A stretch of 64,000 nucleotides of DNA from Trichinella spiralis (Eukaryota), in contig NW_003526943.1 of assembly GCF_000181795.1 (NCBI RefSeq), forward strand, positions 7,151,566 through 7,215,565, given 5' to 3'. Below, one piece after another: positions 1 through 14,333 of this stretch. Both the position numbers and the translations under genes were made by a program. The notes under the pieces are model-generated. The model saw only the letters and a program-made list of their open reading frames with translations. It made no database searches and was not told where the DNA came from. How positions within the stretch are numbered: the stretch's first letter is position 1; the number at the start of each line of letters is the position of its first letter.

Positions 1-3000
1 ATTCAAAATTTTAATTTTTTACATATGATTTGTTTATCATTTTAAATATTTTAATAATCAGCAATTTCTTCTACTACTTAATACTTTTTATTATACAACA
101 CTAAAGCAATACAATATGTGAAGAAAAATTGAGCCATTATAATAAAAAATGTATAATTTAGTTATTACTTATTATATTATACTAATTATAATTAGTATTA
201 TGATTTATCAATTAATAAAATCGGTTACACAACATAAAACCTAAATTAAATAACAGTAGAACATGTAATGCTGCACTGTGCTGCAGATTAATTACAGTAC
301 TATAGACAGTTTAAGAGGTTGAGCAGTTAAATATGCCCAAGTCATGGCCAAAGCTCTGTCCATTGTCGATATATTTGTCAGTATAGCCATTTGTCTGTGG
401 TTTATTACATAATTTTTATCTGTTTGTATTAAATCAGATTAATCAGTTTCCGGATTGCATTTGCTGAGGTACTATTTTTATTGATTCTTGCTCTGCAGTA
501 AAGATATATAGCGGTTTTAAAACTTTCTATGGTGTTTTCTGCTATTTTCCTCAGACGATTATTTATTCTAACATTTGCCTGAACAAGATCATCGTTGCTT
601 TGATGTGTCACGTGCAACTGCTATGCTAAAGGCGATTCTAGTACAAGGAAAAGAAGAACAGCTGCCAATTTTTAGCGGCATCCAGTAACTGCATGTTTTT
701 CTGATGCAGCAATTGTTGCATTATACAGAAAAAAGCATTGTTTTATAATCACACACAATTACTTGGAATCAGATAACCCAGATTTGTTTTTTTCTTTTTA
801 TCAGTTCTCTTGGGAGAAATGTAAGGTAAACACTAGCTGAGAATTAATATTAAAACGAATTTTTTACTTTACACAGTAGTTTACATATACGGTTTTCCCC
901 AAAAGTAGGTAAATGCGCTTTTAAGATAGATTTTATATTTTTGTTTTCAGTGAAGAATAATAATACCGAAATGATAATATCACTACACCAGAGCGTAAAA
1001 AACTCATGCACAGAATTTTGGAAAAGTAATACCTTAAATAACTGCTCTAATGGTAGGATAAAGTCAAAGTTAGCATGAAGGTGGATTATAATTTATAAAA
1101 CAAATTTGCCTTCCAAAGCTGCGATGCGATTTTTTCCTAAAGCAAACTCATCACAGCATGTTGACAATCAGCAAGAAGGAAGTGCTGTCAATTTTATGAA
1201 AACAGTTTTTTCAGTCAAAGATTCTGTTTGTTCATTTTTATGTGCTCTTTGTTTTTTGATGATTATCAGAAAGTAACGAAATCACTTTTGCGATAATTTT
1301 ACCAACGCAACTGTTGTGCTGCCGTTTGTTTTCATAGTAGAAAAAAAATAACAGCTGCATGAATTAGAAATATAGAGATTAACAAGAGATATAAACTATC
1401 AAAAACGAGCAGCAGTGTTCTGCTTGTAATATATGCAACTACTTTTAGAGATGAAGTAAAATAGCAAAAAGAAAATTTAATGAAATTCATCCCTGAATGT
1501 TCTAGGCATTTGTATTCCCAATGCTATGCTTACTGGTCGAGTGTGTAACAAATTTCGACTAATGCTCATAAAAATACTTACGCTTATCTGCAACTTAATC
1601 GGTGCAAGTAACAAATTGCGATCTAAAAAATGTAAGTTTATTATATATTAGCCAAAAAATAGTAGGTTTTGTGTGAAAGTTTTTAGTAAAATTCTCAATT
1701 AAAAATACAACTGAAGCAGCTTTTGCAGAAAGCAAAAGTAATGTTGAAAACTTTTTCCGATGAAATTGCGATGGTTCATTTGCGTATCATGGTGGGGCAG
1801 ACAAAGTGAATTATACAAATAAGACAAACTTTGATATTATCCGATAGGACACAAATGATAAATAAAGCAAATTATAAACATTTGACATGCTTTAATTGTT
1901 GTTCATAATGACTCTGTTCTTGTTCATCACAAAGATAGGTTTTAATTTATGCAAATTTGATGTAAAAATGCTACGCAAACACTGATTTGGCTGACTAACA
2001 GCTTCAAGATGAAAAATATCTCTAGTCTGTAATATCATAACAAATAAAGCAATGCACATTTGTATTCATTAAAATAGAAAAAATTGTGGCAGATCAATAA
2101 ATCAGAATATTAAATAGTAGCTTTCTTGATTATAATCTACGAGATCATTGTGCTACATGAAAGAAACTTTCCTATCCTTATTAACTCAATAACGTGTAAC
2201 ATCAACAAATGCAAAAAAATAAGAGATGCGCTTTTTAATGCCGATTATTATTAAAAGACCGAATTAGTCTAACGTCAAAAAAATTGCAGCTAAAATATCT
2301 TAGAAATAGCTCAACTTTATTTAAATTTCAATATAAACCAAAGTGAAAGTACTGAAATTAATTTTTAAATGTTAGATTTTAAGTAAAGAAATTCTTAAAA
2401 GTGTAAAAATTACAAATTTTTTCATTAATATGGCTAGTAAAAATTCAAACTTCCATATTCCCAAAAGAAGCACCGGATAAGAAAAATAATAAAATAATTT
2501 AATATTTCTTCCGAAATATTAACTTGTTAGATTTATTAAAAATTTGCAAATTATTTAAATTTTGATCGATTCACATTTCATTATATATCAAATTCTTTTG
2601 CCAAACATTAACTATTTGAAATGTATCTTTGAATATGAACTAAAACAGAATTTATTGTGGCAATATTAATGTAGCTTTTCAATTAAGCCAGCAATATTTT
2701 TTTATAATTTTCAAAATTGTTATTCAGTCTGAAAAAAAATTTATTAATTTAATTTCATAATTAAAAATAAATAAAATTTTCAATTTGCTCCTCCCTATTT
2801 GTACAACTTTCTTGTAAAATTGAAATTTTTTCATTCTAATTACTCAGAGTTACTTTAAACGTTTTAAATTAAAAAAATTCACTTAACATTTGTTTTCCAT
2901 CGTTATTTGAACATCATTTCTGAAATGAAGCTCAAAATCCAAGATCTTTGCTAATTTTTCAAAGCTGGATTATATTTCTTTTCAAAGGAAAAAGCAAAGC

Positions 3001-3771
3001 TTATAATATCGTCGCTCGTATAGTTTTTCAGCTGCCATAAAGCACAACAAAAGTGTAACACAATCTCATTTTAACTGACGTATTGATTTCAGCGCGTTAT
3101 GATTTCTCAATGCATTTCTCGTATATTATTATTCTGTTTACATGATGAGGAAACTCGCTGTTTGTGAGCAAAATATATAATAATTAATGGTTGTTCAAAA
3201 GTAGCATATATATAATTATTTAATTTTCAAGAAATAAAAACAATTCCAATCATTAGATTGCTTAGAATAGAATTGAACGTTGAAATTCATGCTGTTTTTA
3301 AAATAATTTAAAAAAAAATTCAGTGTTAATATAAGTCATATATATATATATATATATATGTATTGATTATTTTGACGTTTACTATCAAGAAAACAAAAGA
3401 ATAATTAATATAATTTGTAGTGGAGTAAATTTAAGAAAAATAAATTAAGATAATTTTTTTAATTTAAATTTTACTTTTAGCTGGTTGCTCTCTTAGCAGG
3501 GTTTCAGTAAACGTCGTCGCTAGTTGGTCAGATATTTTTATTGATCAAACTTGAAATTGATGAGTGAATTCAGCAACCAGGTGGCGCTTTGGTTCAACAT
3601 CTCGCTTGATTTGAGCCCGTCCGTGTGTTTGGTTTAAACGATCGCCGTCAGTTGAACATAAAAGTCAGCTTTAATAAAGCAGTCCGTTTTGGCAGTTTCG
3701 CTTTGAAGTGAAAACGGAAGAAGAGAGCAAATAAGAATAAAAATACGAATAAGAAGACGCCAGAACGCGTG

Positions 3772-4780
3772 ATGTGCTGGACGGTTTTGTTGCTCACGTT
3801 GGCCGTTCGAGCGGTTCCATCATCGCCAACGGTTCCACCCCAAGTTGAAGTTCCCGAGCTGGGATCACTGACTGACAAGGAGAACCGATCGAGCTTTGTG
3901 CTCGTGGAACGGCTGTCGAACGACGAACGTCAACTGTTCGCCCAAAATGGAACCCGCTGGGCACGCATCCTGACCTTGTCGAATTCGACCAAGCCCGGCG
4001 TGACGTTGGTAGTGTCGGCGGATATTGGTCTGGTGGTCAAGAGCATCCTGAGCACCGACAGCCAACTGCTCGACTGTGACATCCTTGACGACGAGCACGA
4101 GCAACAACTGTTGGACCAATTCCAAGCGGACATTGGCCGCGTGTTGTCCGAAAGCCACTTCGAATTTCACTGGCTCAACGAGACCGACTACTCGGCTGGC
4201 ATAAGTCTGCTGCAGGCGATGGACGTGTACCAGCAGAAGCAGAACTGCCTCGAACTGCATGCCTCGCACAATCGAACCCGTGCCAAGAGAGCGTTCGTCT
4301 CGTCGGGCACCAAATGGTGCGGCATTGGAACCACGGCCATCTCCAGAAACGACCTCGGCTATTATGCCGGTGTGGATGCGTGCTGTTTGCACCACGACCA
4401 GTGCGCGTTCACGATCAACCCCCAATCCACTAAATACGGTCTGAAGAACAATCGTTTCTACACGATCAGCCTCTGTGATTGCGACGATCGGTAAGCATAC
4501 TTATTATATTTTATGTTTTTTTTTTGAAAAGCAATTCAATTCACAATAATAATAATGATATAATAACATATTTTATTGTGTGTGTAGATTTTACGAATGC
4601 TTGAAAAATGAAACTGACAGTTTTGCATGGTATATGGGAAAATTGTTCTTCAGTCTGATGGCAACACCTTGCTTTACGCTCCGCATTGGTGAAATATGCA
4701 CGGAGTACAGTTGGTGGGGAGCATGTCGTAATTCGATCTTATCTTTGAAAGCGGATATGCGTAATGCGGTCCCGTTTTGA
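3772..4780 (+). CDS. Secreted group III (bee-venom-type) phospholipase A2 with signal peptide and long N-terminal pro-region; 2 exons (3772-4490, 4588-4780)
   Basis: Hydrophobic N-terminus (MCWTVLLLTLAVRA) and a basic RTRAKR site before GTKWCGIG (Ca-loop motif). DACCLHHDQC carries the catalytic HD. A phase-2 intron gtaagc(4491)...tgtag(4587) joins CDCDDR to FYECL, followed by the group III GKLFF...PCF motif. Confidence 0.92.
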
Positions 4781-5518
4781 ATTGAAAATTAAACATTTAT
4801 GCTTGACAAATGAGAAGAAAGAAAAATTGTACATTATCTTTTTTTATGTAAAATAATGACGCAGTGTAAAATGGAATTTCAATTTAAATATACAAACTTG
4901 AATGTACACGATGTGCACAAGCATGCAAAAACACAATTTCTGATTTTTGCTGCCGAGAAAATTTCACAGCTCAACTTTTTTCATCGCTTTCAAAATTTTA
5001 TTTTCAAAAATGATTCAGTTGAGTTTTTTTTGTTGCTTATTTGATATGTTAGATTATGACAACACTTTTTCTTGAAAAACAAATGTGAACACAATTCATT
5101 ACACATTTTTTACACTATTATACCATTGAAATAAAGAAATGCTTTATTTCTTTTTGTTAAATTAAATTTATTTCATTGTTTAAACATTCTCTTCCTGATG
5201 AAGCATATCTAATGCATTCATTATCTGTTGCTGTGTGATTCATTTGTTTAACAAATGATTCACATACATCAGCATCTGTCGTCACATTATTTCTGCACAT
5301 GTTTTGCTAGTAACAGATGAATAATAATCAAGGAAAAAATGAAAAAAAACAAAAAGCTAATTTTCCATTCTATTATTTTCTTCAACAAACTGATACTTAT
5401 TATTGCCAATAAAAACATATTGCTTCAATACAAGCACACGAACATAAATAATATAAGTTTCAAATAAAACTACATCTGAAATACATTTTATAAAAAGCAT
5501 ATGCAGGAAAATACAGAT

Positions 5519-5590
5519 GGTCATCATCATCGAACTCGCATCACTGCATTGATCAGTTTCCATGCGACTCGTCACAAATCACAAACGACC
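5519..5590 (-). promoter_or_regulatory. SECIS element (type II form, GUGA variant core) in the 3' UTR of the thioredoxin reductase
   Basis: The minus strand reads GGUCGUU...GUGAC GAGUCGCAU GG AAA CUG AUCAAUG CAG UG AUGCGAGUU CGAU GAU GAUGACC. This gives helix I (GGUCGUU/GAUGACC), a UGA/GA quartet, helix II, unpaired AAA and an apical mini-stem CUG/CAG, ~130 nt downstream of the stop codon. Confidence 0.88.
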
Positions 5591-5715
5591 GCCATATTTT
5601 CCATCGAACACTGCGCTTACTTTGTCTATTATAAATAAAACTTATCATAATTGAAAATCAAAGTTATATCATTAAATTGAAAATAAAAAAAAACATACAA
5701 AGTAAGCAATTTTAA

Positions 5716-8093
<2,378 letters not shown>

Positions 8094-8914
8094 TTTCCTT
8101 ATAAATATATTAATAATAATCTACAGTACAGTGTAATTAAGTACTACAAGTTTACTATCAATAGCGCAGTATTCCAAATGGTTCATTTATTTTTAGAATG
8201 AAATACTTTAATAAACTTGTTTCATTGAGCTTCTGATAAATTCAAATTTTCTTAAATATCACATATTACATTGAAATTCATTCGGAAAATTTTCTGTCGA
8301 ATTAAGAAAAACGTTATTTCTAAATCTTATGCAAAATTTTCCTTTTCAAATGTTATAAAAGTTCCATAAATTATAATTGTGTATAAATAAACAAGGTAAT
8401 CAATTGCTTTACAATTGAAAACAAAATAATTATAGTGAATCGTAATTATAGATGCACACCATATTCGAACAAGCTGAGCCTGAAAGATGCTTACATCGAC
8501 AGGCTCGAGCATCAGATCTCCCGCATGTATTGACTGAACAGAAATTGGCTGATATAGTTTGCACAACTATCGGCTAGTCAACGTGGATTTTGTCAATTTT
8601 TGAAGCAAAATTCTTATTATCAGTAAAAGTAAACAAGTAAACAATATACGTCACGTATATAATAATTCGAAAATCAAGTATAAAAAAAATCAGATTATAA
8701 CTGTCGCAACACATGGATGGTCAGTATTTACAACGAGAAGAATTCTTTTATAAGCACACAGAATTAAGCTTGCATTGACGACAACTGTCCAAGACTACTG
8801 ATTCATTTTTGATTTGTGATTCTTTTTGAATAAAAAGTTTCAGAGGGCAAATAGAAAATATTTGTCATACAGATCGAAAATTTAATATATATAGGAATTT
8901 TTAAGTAAATGAAT

Positions 8915-8996
8915 TGTGTAGCGGGCGTCCGAGGTGTAAGTATGCGTCGAGCTGCTTAAGCACACTTGGTTCAAGTCCCGCTGCACACAACATTTT
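8915..8996 (+). ncRNA. tRNA-like / Pol III-like structured element (tRNA pseudogene or SINE head)
   Basis: Terminal stem TGTGTAGCGGG/CCCGCTGCACA, A-box-like GTCCGAGGTG, B-box GGTTCAAGTCC, and a T5 run just downstream. It does not form a canonical cloverleaf. Confidence 0.45.
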
Positions 8997-9349
8997 TCAC
9001 AATAAGCGCTAAAGCTTAAATGCTGCCATCAATAGACGCAGGAAATTAGTGTTAGTGCATGCGCGAGCCAAAGCAACGGATAAAGCAATAAATTGTTTCT
9101 TGAATAACACGCAAGTGAGCGCGCTTAGCCATCTCATATGGTTTTATTAACCCTCTGACGAGCTGTCGCCATGTACGTTGTTGGATTCGTGGGGTTCAAT
9201 CCACCCCGAATCAGAAAACACGTGTAAAAAGCATACAGTATGTTGAATTTTTATGAAATTTGTTTCAAAAGATAATGTGATGAATGTTGCACATGTTTAT
9301 ATTGAAATATTTTCAATGTTAATAATTTTTATTGTGTTTTTACCAAATG

Positions 9350-9608
9350 TGTAGTATATCTTTATTGAACACAAATAAATACACACGCGATTTCACAACA
9401 CACACATAGAAAAGACTCAGTAACTCAGTAACTCAGTAACTGACTTCAGTCCTTTCGGCCTGACTACTATATAATCTAATCTAACTAGTCTAACTAGTTT
9501 CTGGAACCGGTTTTCTTTAGATCTGTTTGTGATATATAACAACTACGTAATCTGATCTAACTGGTCTCTAGAACCGGTTTTCTACTAATCTCTTCTTGCT
9601 ACATAACA
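9350..9608 (-). mobile_element. Probable solo LTR (Gypsy/BEL-like) with internal tandem repeats
   Basis: The minus strand begins TGTTATGTAG and ends TACTACA. It has a TATA-like TATATAG, AATAAA ~10 nt before the 3' end, (ACTCAGTA)x3, and a duplicated TCTAACT...GAACCGGTTTTCT block. No target-site duplication is visible. Confidence 0.5.
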
Positions 9609-9887
9609 ACTTTTAAGCCTTTTTTCAGCAAAAAATCCAGCAAAATTAACATTTAAAAAATGTTATTTTTTAATTTTTCCCCAGTGTAAGCTAGTTCAAG
9701 TGAAATTTCTAAAAAAGTGATGGATTTCACTGCAACATGTATTGTTGCACATTTTGATGTTAAAATGGGATCTCTAATTATTTTTCGGCTCTAAAACGAG
9801 TACTTTTTTTCGAGCTCTTCCTATAATGTTAGCATGAACACATAGAAGAGGATTAATGAGAAAATTGTATTCTAAAATTTTGTTTTA

Positions 9888-10290
9888 ATGTCAGAAAACA
9901 GATTTAAATATTTGTTGAGATTCTGCCAATTTGATGATTCTAGTACGAGAGCTGCGCGGTTGAAATGTGACGAATTCAGCTACATTTCGAGATTTCTAGT
10001 CTGTTAATAACTAATTCAAAAATCTTGTACAAACGATCTGCCTTTTTGACTGTTGATAAGTGAGTTGTGTCAAACGATAACGAGGCAGATTTCATCAGTA
10101 CATACCATGCAAGCCTGGCAAATATGACATAAAAATATTTTGGTGCTGCGATGAGCAGACCCTTTGGCAGGAAAAATCCACGTCGGCAAACAGCTAAGTC
10201 AGGTAGCACCAATGTTTGCAGCTGATCTCGTGAAACCTGAGGCGGGAAACGGCGAGTCATTACCATGGATAACTTTGCACCAGCATGCCA
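9888..10290 (+). mobile_element. Degenerate piggyBac (PGBD4-like) transposase fragment
   Basis: Frameshifted plus-strand peptides MSENRFKYLLRFCQFDDSSTR, RGRFHQYIPCKPGKYDIKIFWCCD, LAGKIHVGKQ, AADLVK and RVITMDN match the piggyBac motifs MSRNRF..LLRFLRFDD, QYIPSKPGKYGIKIFW.CD and RNIT.DN. Confidence 0.8.
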
Positions 10291-13140
10291 TGAGCTGAAG
10301 ATTCATCGGCCATCAAAACACAGTGATCTCGTTCTTTTCTTCCTTGCGCGTAATTTGGAATAAATTAGTATGACATGATTTAATAATAATAAAATAAACA
10401 CTGCTTTACGTTTTTCAAATATATGAACAGGTGCAAACGCTTTGTGCTTGACAAACTGTTGTCAGAATCCTTTTGAATTTTTAGTTTTTTTTTTCTTCTT
10501 CAGTCCAGCATTTTCTGATTAATAAATACTGAACAATTTCACTGATAAATGCATTCTAATTTTGCATTTTTTTCAATATAACGTAAACTATTCTAAATAA
10601 TATATTTTCAAATTATTTCAATTATTATATACTTGATTATATATTGAAAAAAATTTTATTTCAAACATATTTTTCTGTAATTTTTAGTGCTTGAATAACT
10701 TCTTGAAAGCATCTACCAAAAGCATGCCATTAAAACTGATTAAAAGTTTAAATTACATTCCAAATGAAAGGCAATTGAAGGGCAGCAAAAATTCCTTTAA
10801 CTGAATGCAATTAATGGAAAATACAAACAAAACTAAAGACAACACAGTTAGTAAAAAATTACAACATTGACAGAAAACATTTAATATAAAATTTTCTTTC
10901 AAAAATATTTAAACAGTTTTTATTCATTTTCTGAAAAGAAAATTAAAAGATATATAACAATATATTTATTTTATTAAGCATTATTAACATTACTATATGA
11001 TGTTCAACGGTTAAAGTTAATTTTCAGCGTTATTTAATTTGTTATTGAATATATATAGCACAATAAATTGGAATTACTTTCTGACATTTTTTGCATTCAC
11101 GAAACTGTCAAGCATATTTATTTGTAAAATTTTGCTAATTACCTATAGATACTCAGTTGGCTAATAAATCTCAAAACTTTGATAAAATAATAAAATTCTT
11201 ATTCAAAAGTAAGCATATGTGTTACGTTTTCTAAATTTAAATTTAATATTTGCATTAATTAAAAAAATCAATTATCATTCTGTTCAATCTTCAAGTTCTG
11301 AAGATGATGAAAGTTTGAAATTGAATAACCGACTTTTCCGACCTATGAAATTTACTGTCCAACATGAAATGACTTGAAATATTGTAACTTGAATTTTAAA
11401 TTTTAAATGTGTCAAGAATACCTTAATATAAAACATAAAATAATCATGTAAAAATTACCAAGACTCTGAAATATAATGGTGTTTGGATATTTTTGAAGTT
11501 TAATTCTAAAAATTTTCAACTATTGATAAATGCATCTTAATTTTGCAAGAATATAATCAAAAATGAATAATTAATTAATTAATGTGGTGATATTTTTCAA
11601 AGAATAATAAAATTTCAAGGAATTTGAACTAAAGAGTATACTATAAGCGCAATATTAAATAATTTTATTTTAAATGAAATTAGATATGAAATAAGTTTCA
11701 ATCATATCACAGGAGATTAAATTGGCAGTGCGTTAAATTAAAAGGAAATGAATAATTTAAGCGTCCGCTTATTAAAGTTGTAATATAAAAGTTTAATATG
11801 AGACATAATTATATTTAAAGCAGTAGTCTGATTTAAATAATGAACTTTTTTAAATTTCATTAAAAATATGATAATTTAAACTTTACGCAATCACTGGGAA
11901 ACTATATAAACATTCATATGCTTCATCTACATTGTATATTCACATTAGTATTTTAAAAATCCATAAAAGAATTTTCATTCTACTTCAATCACTTAAATAT
12001 TATTATTTTCAGTTATTTGTGGTGCTTTATTTATAAGTTTATATATATATATATATATTATTTATTTATTTATGTACATCCACTTTATATATTATTAAAT
12101 TGAATAACATTTGCCAATTTTTATTGAAAAGAACAAGCAGAAAGTAATTTTAATAATGTTGACATTGAAAAAGTTGTTATAAATTATGACATTCAACAAT
12201 TACATGTATTTTATTTAAAAAAATAGATTTCAATTTTGAAAATCAATTGTTCATAAAATGGTAAAATTTAATTTATAATAAACATGTAACTTACATGATA
12301 GATATTAATTTTATAAATGAATATTGGAGCATTTTGAGAAGAAAAGTTCTCATTATTATCATAATTCAATGGTTTGGTGATTGAATAAATATTGTGTGCA
12401 ATTTTATGAAATCAGTGTTCAACGAAAGTTATTATAATTTTCAATAAAATGAAAAAATGCCTTTCAATACCGCATGTGCAGTTCAATCCTTTGGGTATGA
12501 GAAAATGTGAAGTCAATTTTCGATTGTACACTAATATCTTTCTTGGTAATATTGAACAACTTTTGGCAAAACAATGCCCCACCCCACTTTATTTTATCGC
12601 AGATTTCATTTTTCAATTTTTCCGCCCGTGTTCTATTGGTGGACGGCGTTTCACATTAAGCTATACAACATACACGAATCATTTCCACAAAGCTGGAAAC
12701 AGGCAGCTGTTCACTTGTTGTTGGTCTCAATAAACATTACGGTAGAATGGAATTCATTCATCAACGAGATGATTAACAACTCACGCATGCACAACACACA
12801 CACGAGCGCAAAAATGAATATACATATATATTTAATTATTTTATGAAAATTATTAAAATATTCATTTAATTTTGCAATTGATTTTTATTTAAGATGTGCA
12901 TAAATTTTTCAAACTTGTACAACTTCAGCTGTGACAATGCAAAGCGGATTGAATTGCTATTTATCAAACACGATGACTCGTCTTCAAGCATCGGATCAGA
13001 CATGTGGAATATACTAACTATTGTACAACAACTACAGGCAAGCTGCTATTGTGGTTATTGACAATTTCATTTTACTGAAAAAATAATAATAAAGTTCAGT
13101 TGAGAAAAAACCTGCTTGCTGCTTGGATTATCATTTTGGC

Positions 13141-14183
13141 ATGTGCGCGCAATTGAAAAATTGTACAGAAGAAGTTGACTTCAATAAAGAGGCTGATGTG
13201 AAGAAGGATATTTGGGATGAAAGTGAAGCAATGCTAATAGGATCTATAAGCGGCTACGCAATTGTCGGCTTGGCAATGGTACTCAGCAATTCTATATTCA
13301 TGCTTTACTTTCAAAGGCGAAATTTATACAGCAACTGTTTTTTCATCGGTAAGCGCTTATTTTTTAATAATCATTCACAAACATCTACTATCAACAGTGT
13401 ACAGCTATTTTTTAAATGATTTTTAATGTTATATCTTTATAAAAATCTTTTTGCTTTTATTAAGGTATACTTGTTGGAAACATGTTGATCGGTATTGGAT
13501 ATATTTATTCAGCTTTGTATCGTATATACGCCTACAATTTCAGCAATGAATTGTTGCAACCGATGGAATGCATGTTGCGCAATTGGCAAATCACGCTGTT
13601 CATTTTCGGTGATCACCTCTGCTTGATTTGCTTTTTGGCAGCCAGCTTGCAACAATACTTGGCAACGATTGACAAACATTTCAGTGAAAAAAATTACAAT
13701 ATTGTTTACTTGTTTATTGTAATATTCACCACGTTGAACACGGCCACCGTTTGGGTTGTTGTCGCCCATCGGCAAATGGCTAACTTGTCTCCACTGTGCT
13801 ACGGACCGAGTGTGATCAGCGCGACCATGGTTCGCGTAACTTGGGGAATCAACGCCTGTTTGGGCGCTTTGAATGCGTTCGTTTACGTGAAAACATCGAT
13901 GAAGCTGCGCGAAAATGTCAAAAAGTTGACAACAATTCAAACGACCGTCGAGAAACGAAACCTGGCCGTAATGAGACGTATTCATTATTATTTAGCTGCA
14001 TTGTTTCTTCTATGCATTGTACCCGATTTGATCATCTGCATCTGGGTGGACTGGCTACCGTCCAAGCATCTTTTCCTATTGCCTGGAATTGCCAGAACTG
14101 TTGGAATATTGATCTTATTTCAGGCAAATCCAAATTTCAAATGCGAACTGCAGTTCAAATTCAAATTTTCCAACACTCACTGA
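13141..14183 (+). CDS. Serpentine 7TM receptor-like protein (srsx-like), paralogue 1; exons 13141-13348, 13465-14183
   Basis: A phase-1 intron (gtaagc...taag) joins a TM1-bearing exon (SNSIFMLYF) to a multi-TM exon (GILVGNMLIGIGY...ECML...FGDHL...C...RRI..YL). Confidence 0.75.
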
Positions 14184-14333
14184 TTATTACAGTGTCTACT
14201 GTATCTTTTTTTCTTTTCTTAATATATTATTAAAAAATTCGAAATATATATGATCCATCACAAAATGATTACATTTCCATTAATTATCCTTACCGATTTC
14301 GAAAGCTTTTGGGAAAAGTACAATATCAGATTA

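Noticed and set aside
300..1330. Short ORF 429-617 and other mildly GC-richer patches
   Set aside because: I found no recognisable motif and could not build a consistent splice model.
3865..4425. 186-aa ORF antisense to PLA2 (similar antisense ORFs overlap the receptor and zinc-finger exons)
   Set aside because: These are shadow ORFs expected from GC-rich coding sequence on the opposite strand.
9183..9213. Resemblance of the reverse complement (TGATTCGGGGTG...CGAATC) to a U12 snRNA stem
   Set aside because: The upstream U12 motifs (TGCCTTAA, AGTAAGGA branch-pairing region) and a correctly placed Sm site are absent.
9150..9220. Possible hammerhead ribozyme (CTGACGA ... GAAA)
   Set aside because: There is no closing G-C pair for stem II before GAAA and no convincing stems I/III.
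9415..9600. Short direct repeats that might suggest a CRISPR-like array
   Set aside because: The DNA is eukaryotic, the repeats are tandem with no unique spacers, and they fit LTR-internal repeats.
9976..10266. 96-aa minus-strand ORF
   Set aside because: It is the antisense shadow of the plus-strand piggyBac relic.
13203..13212. U12-type donor-like ATATCCTT on the minus strand
   Set aside because: It lies antisense within a coding exon of a plus-strand gene, with no minus-strand gene here.
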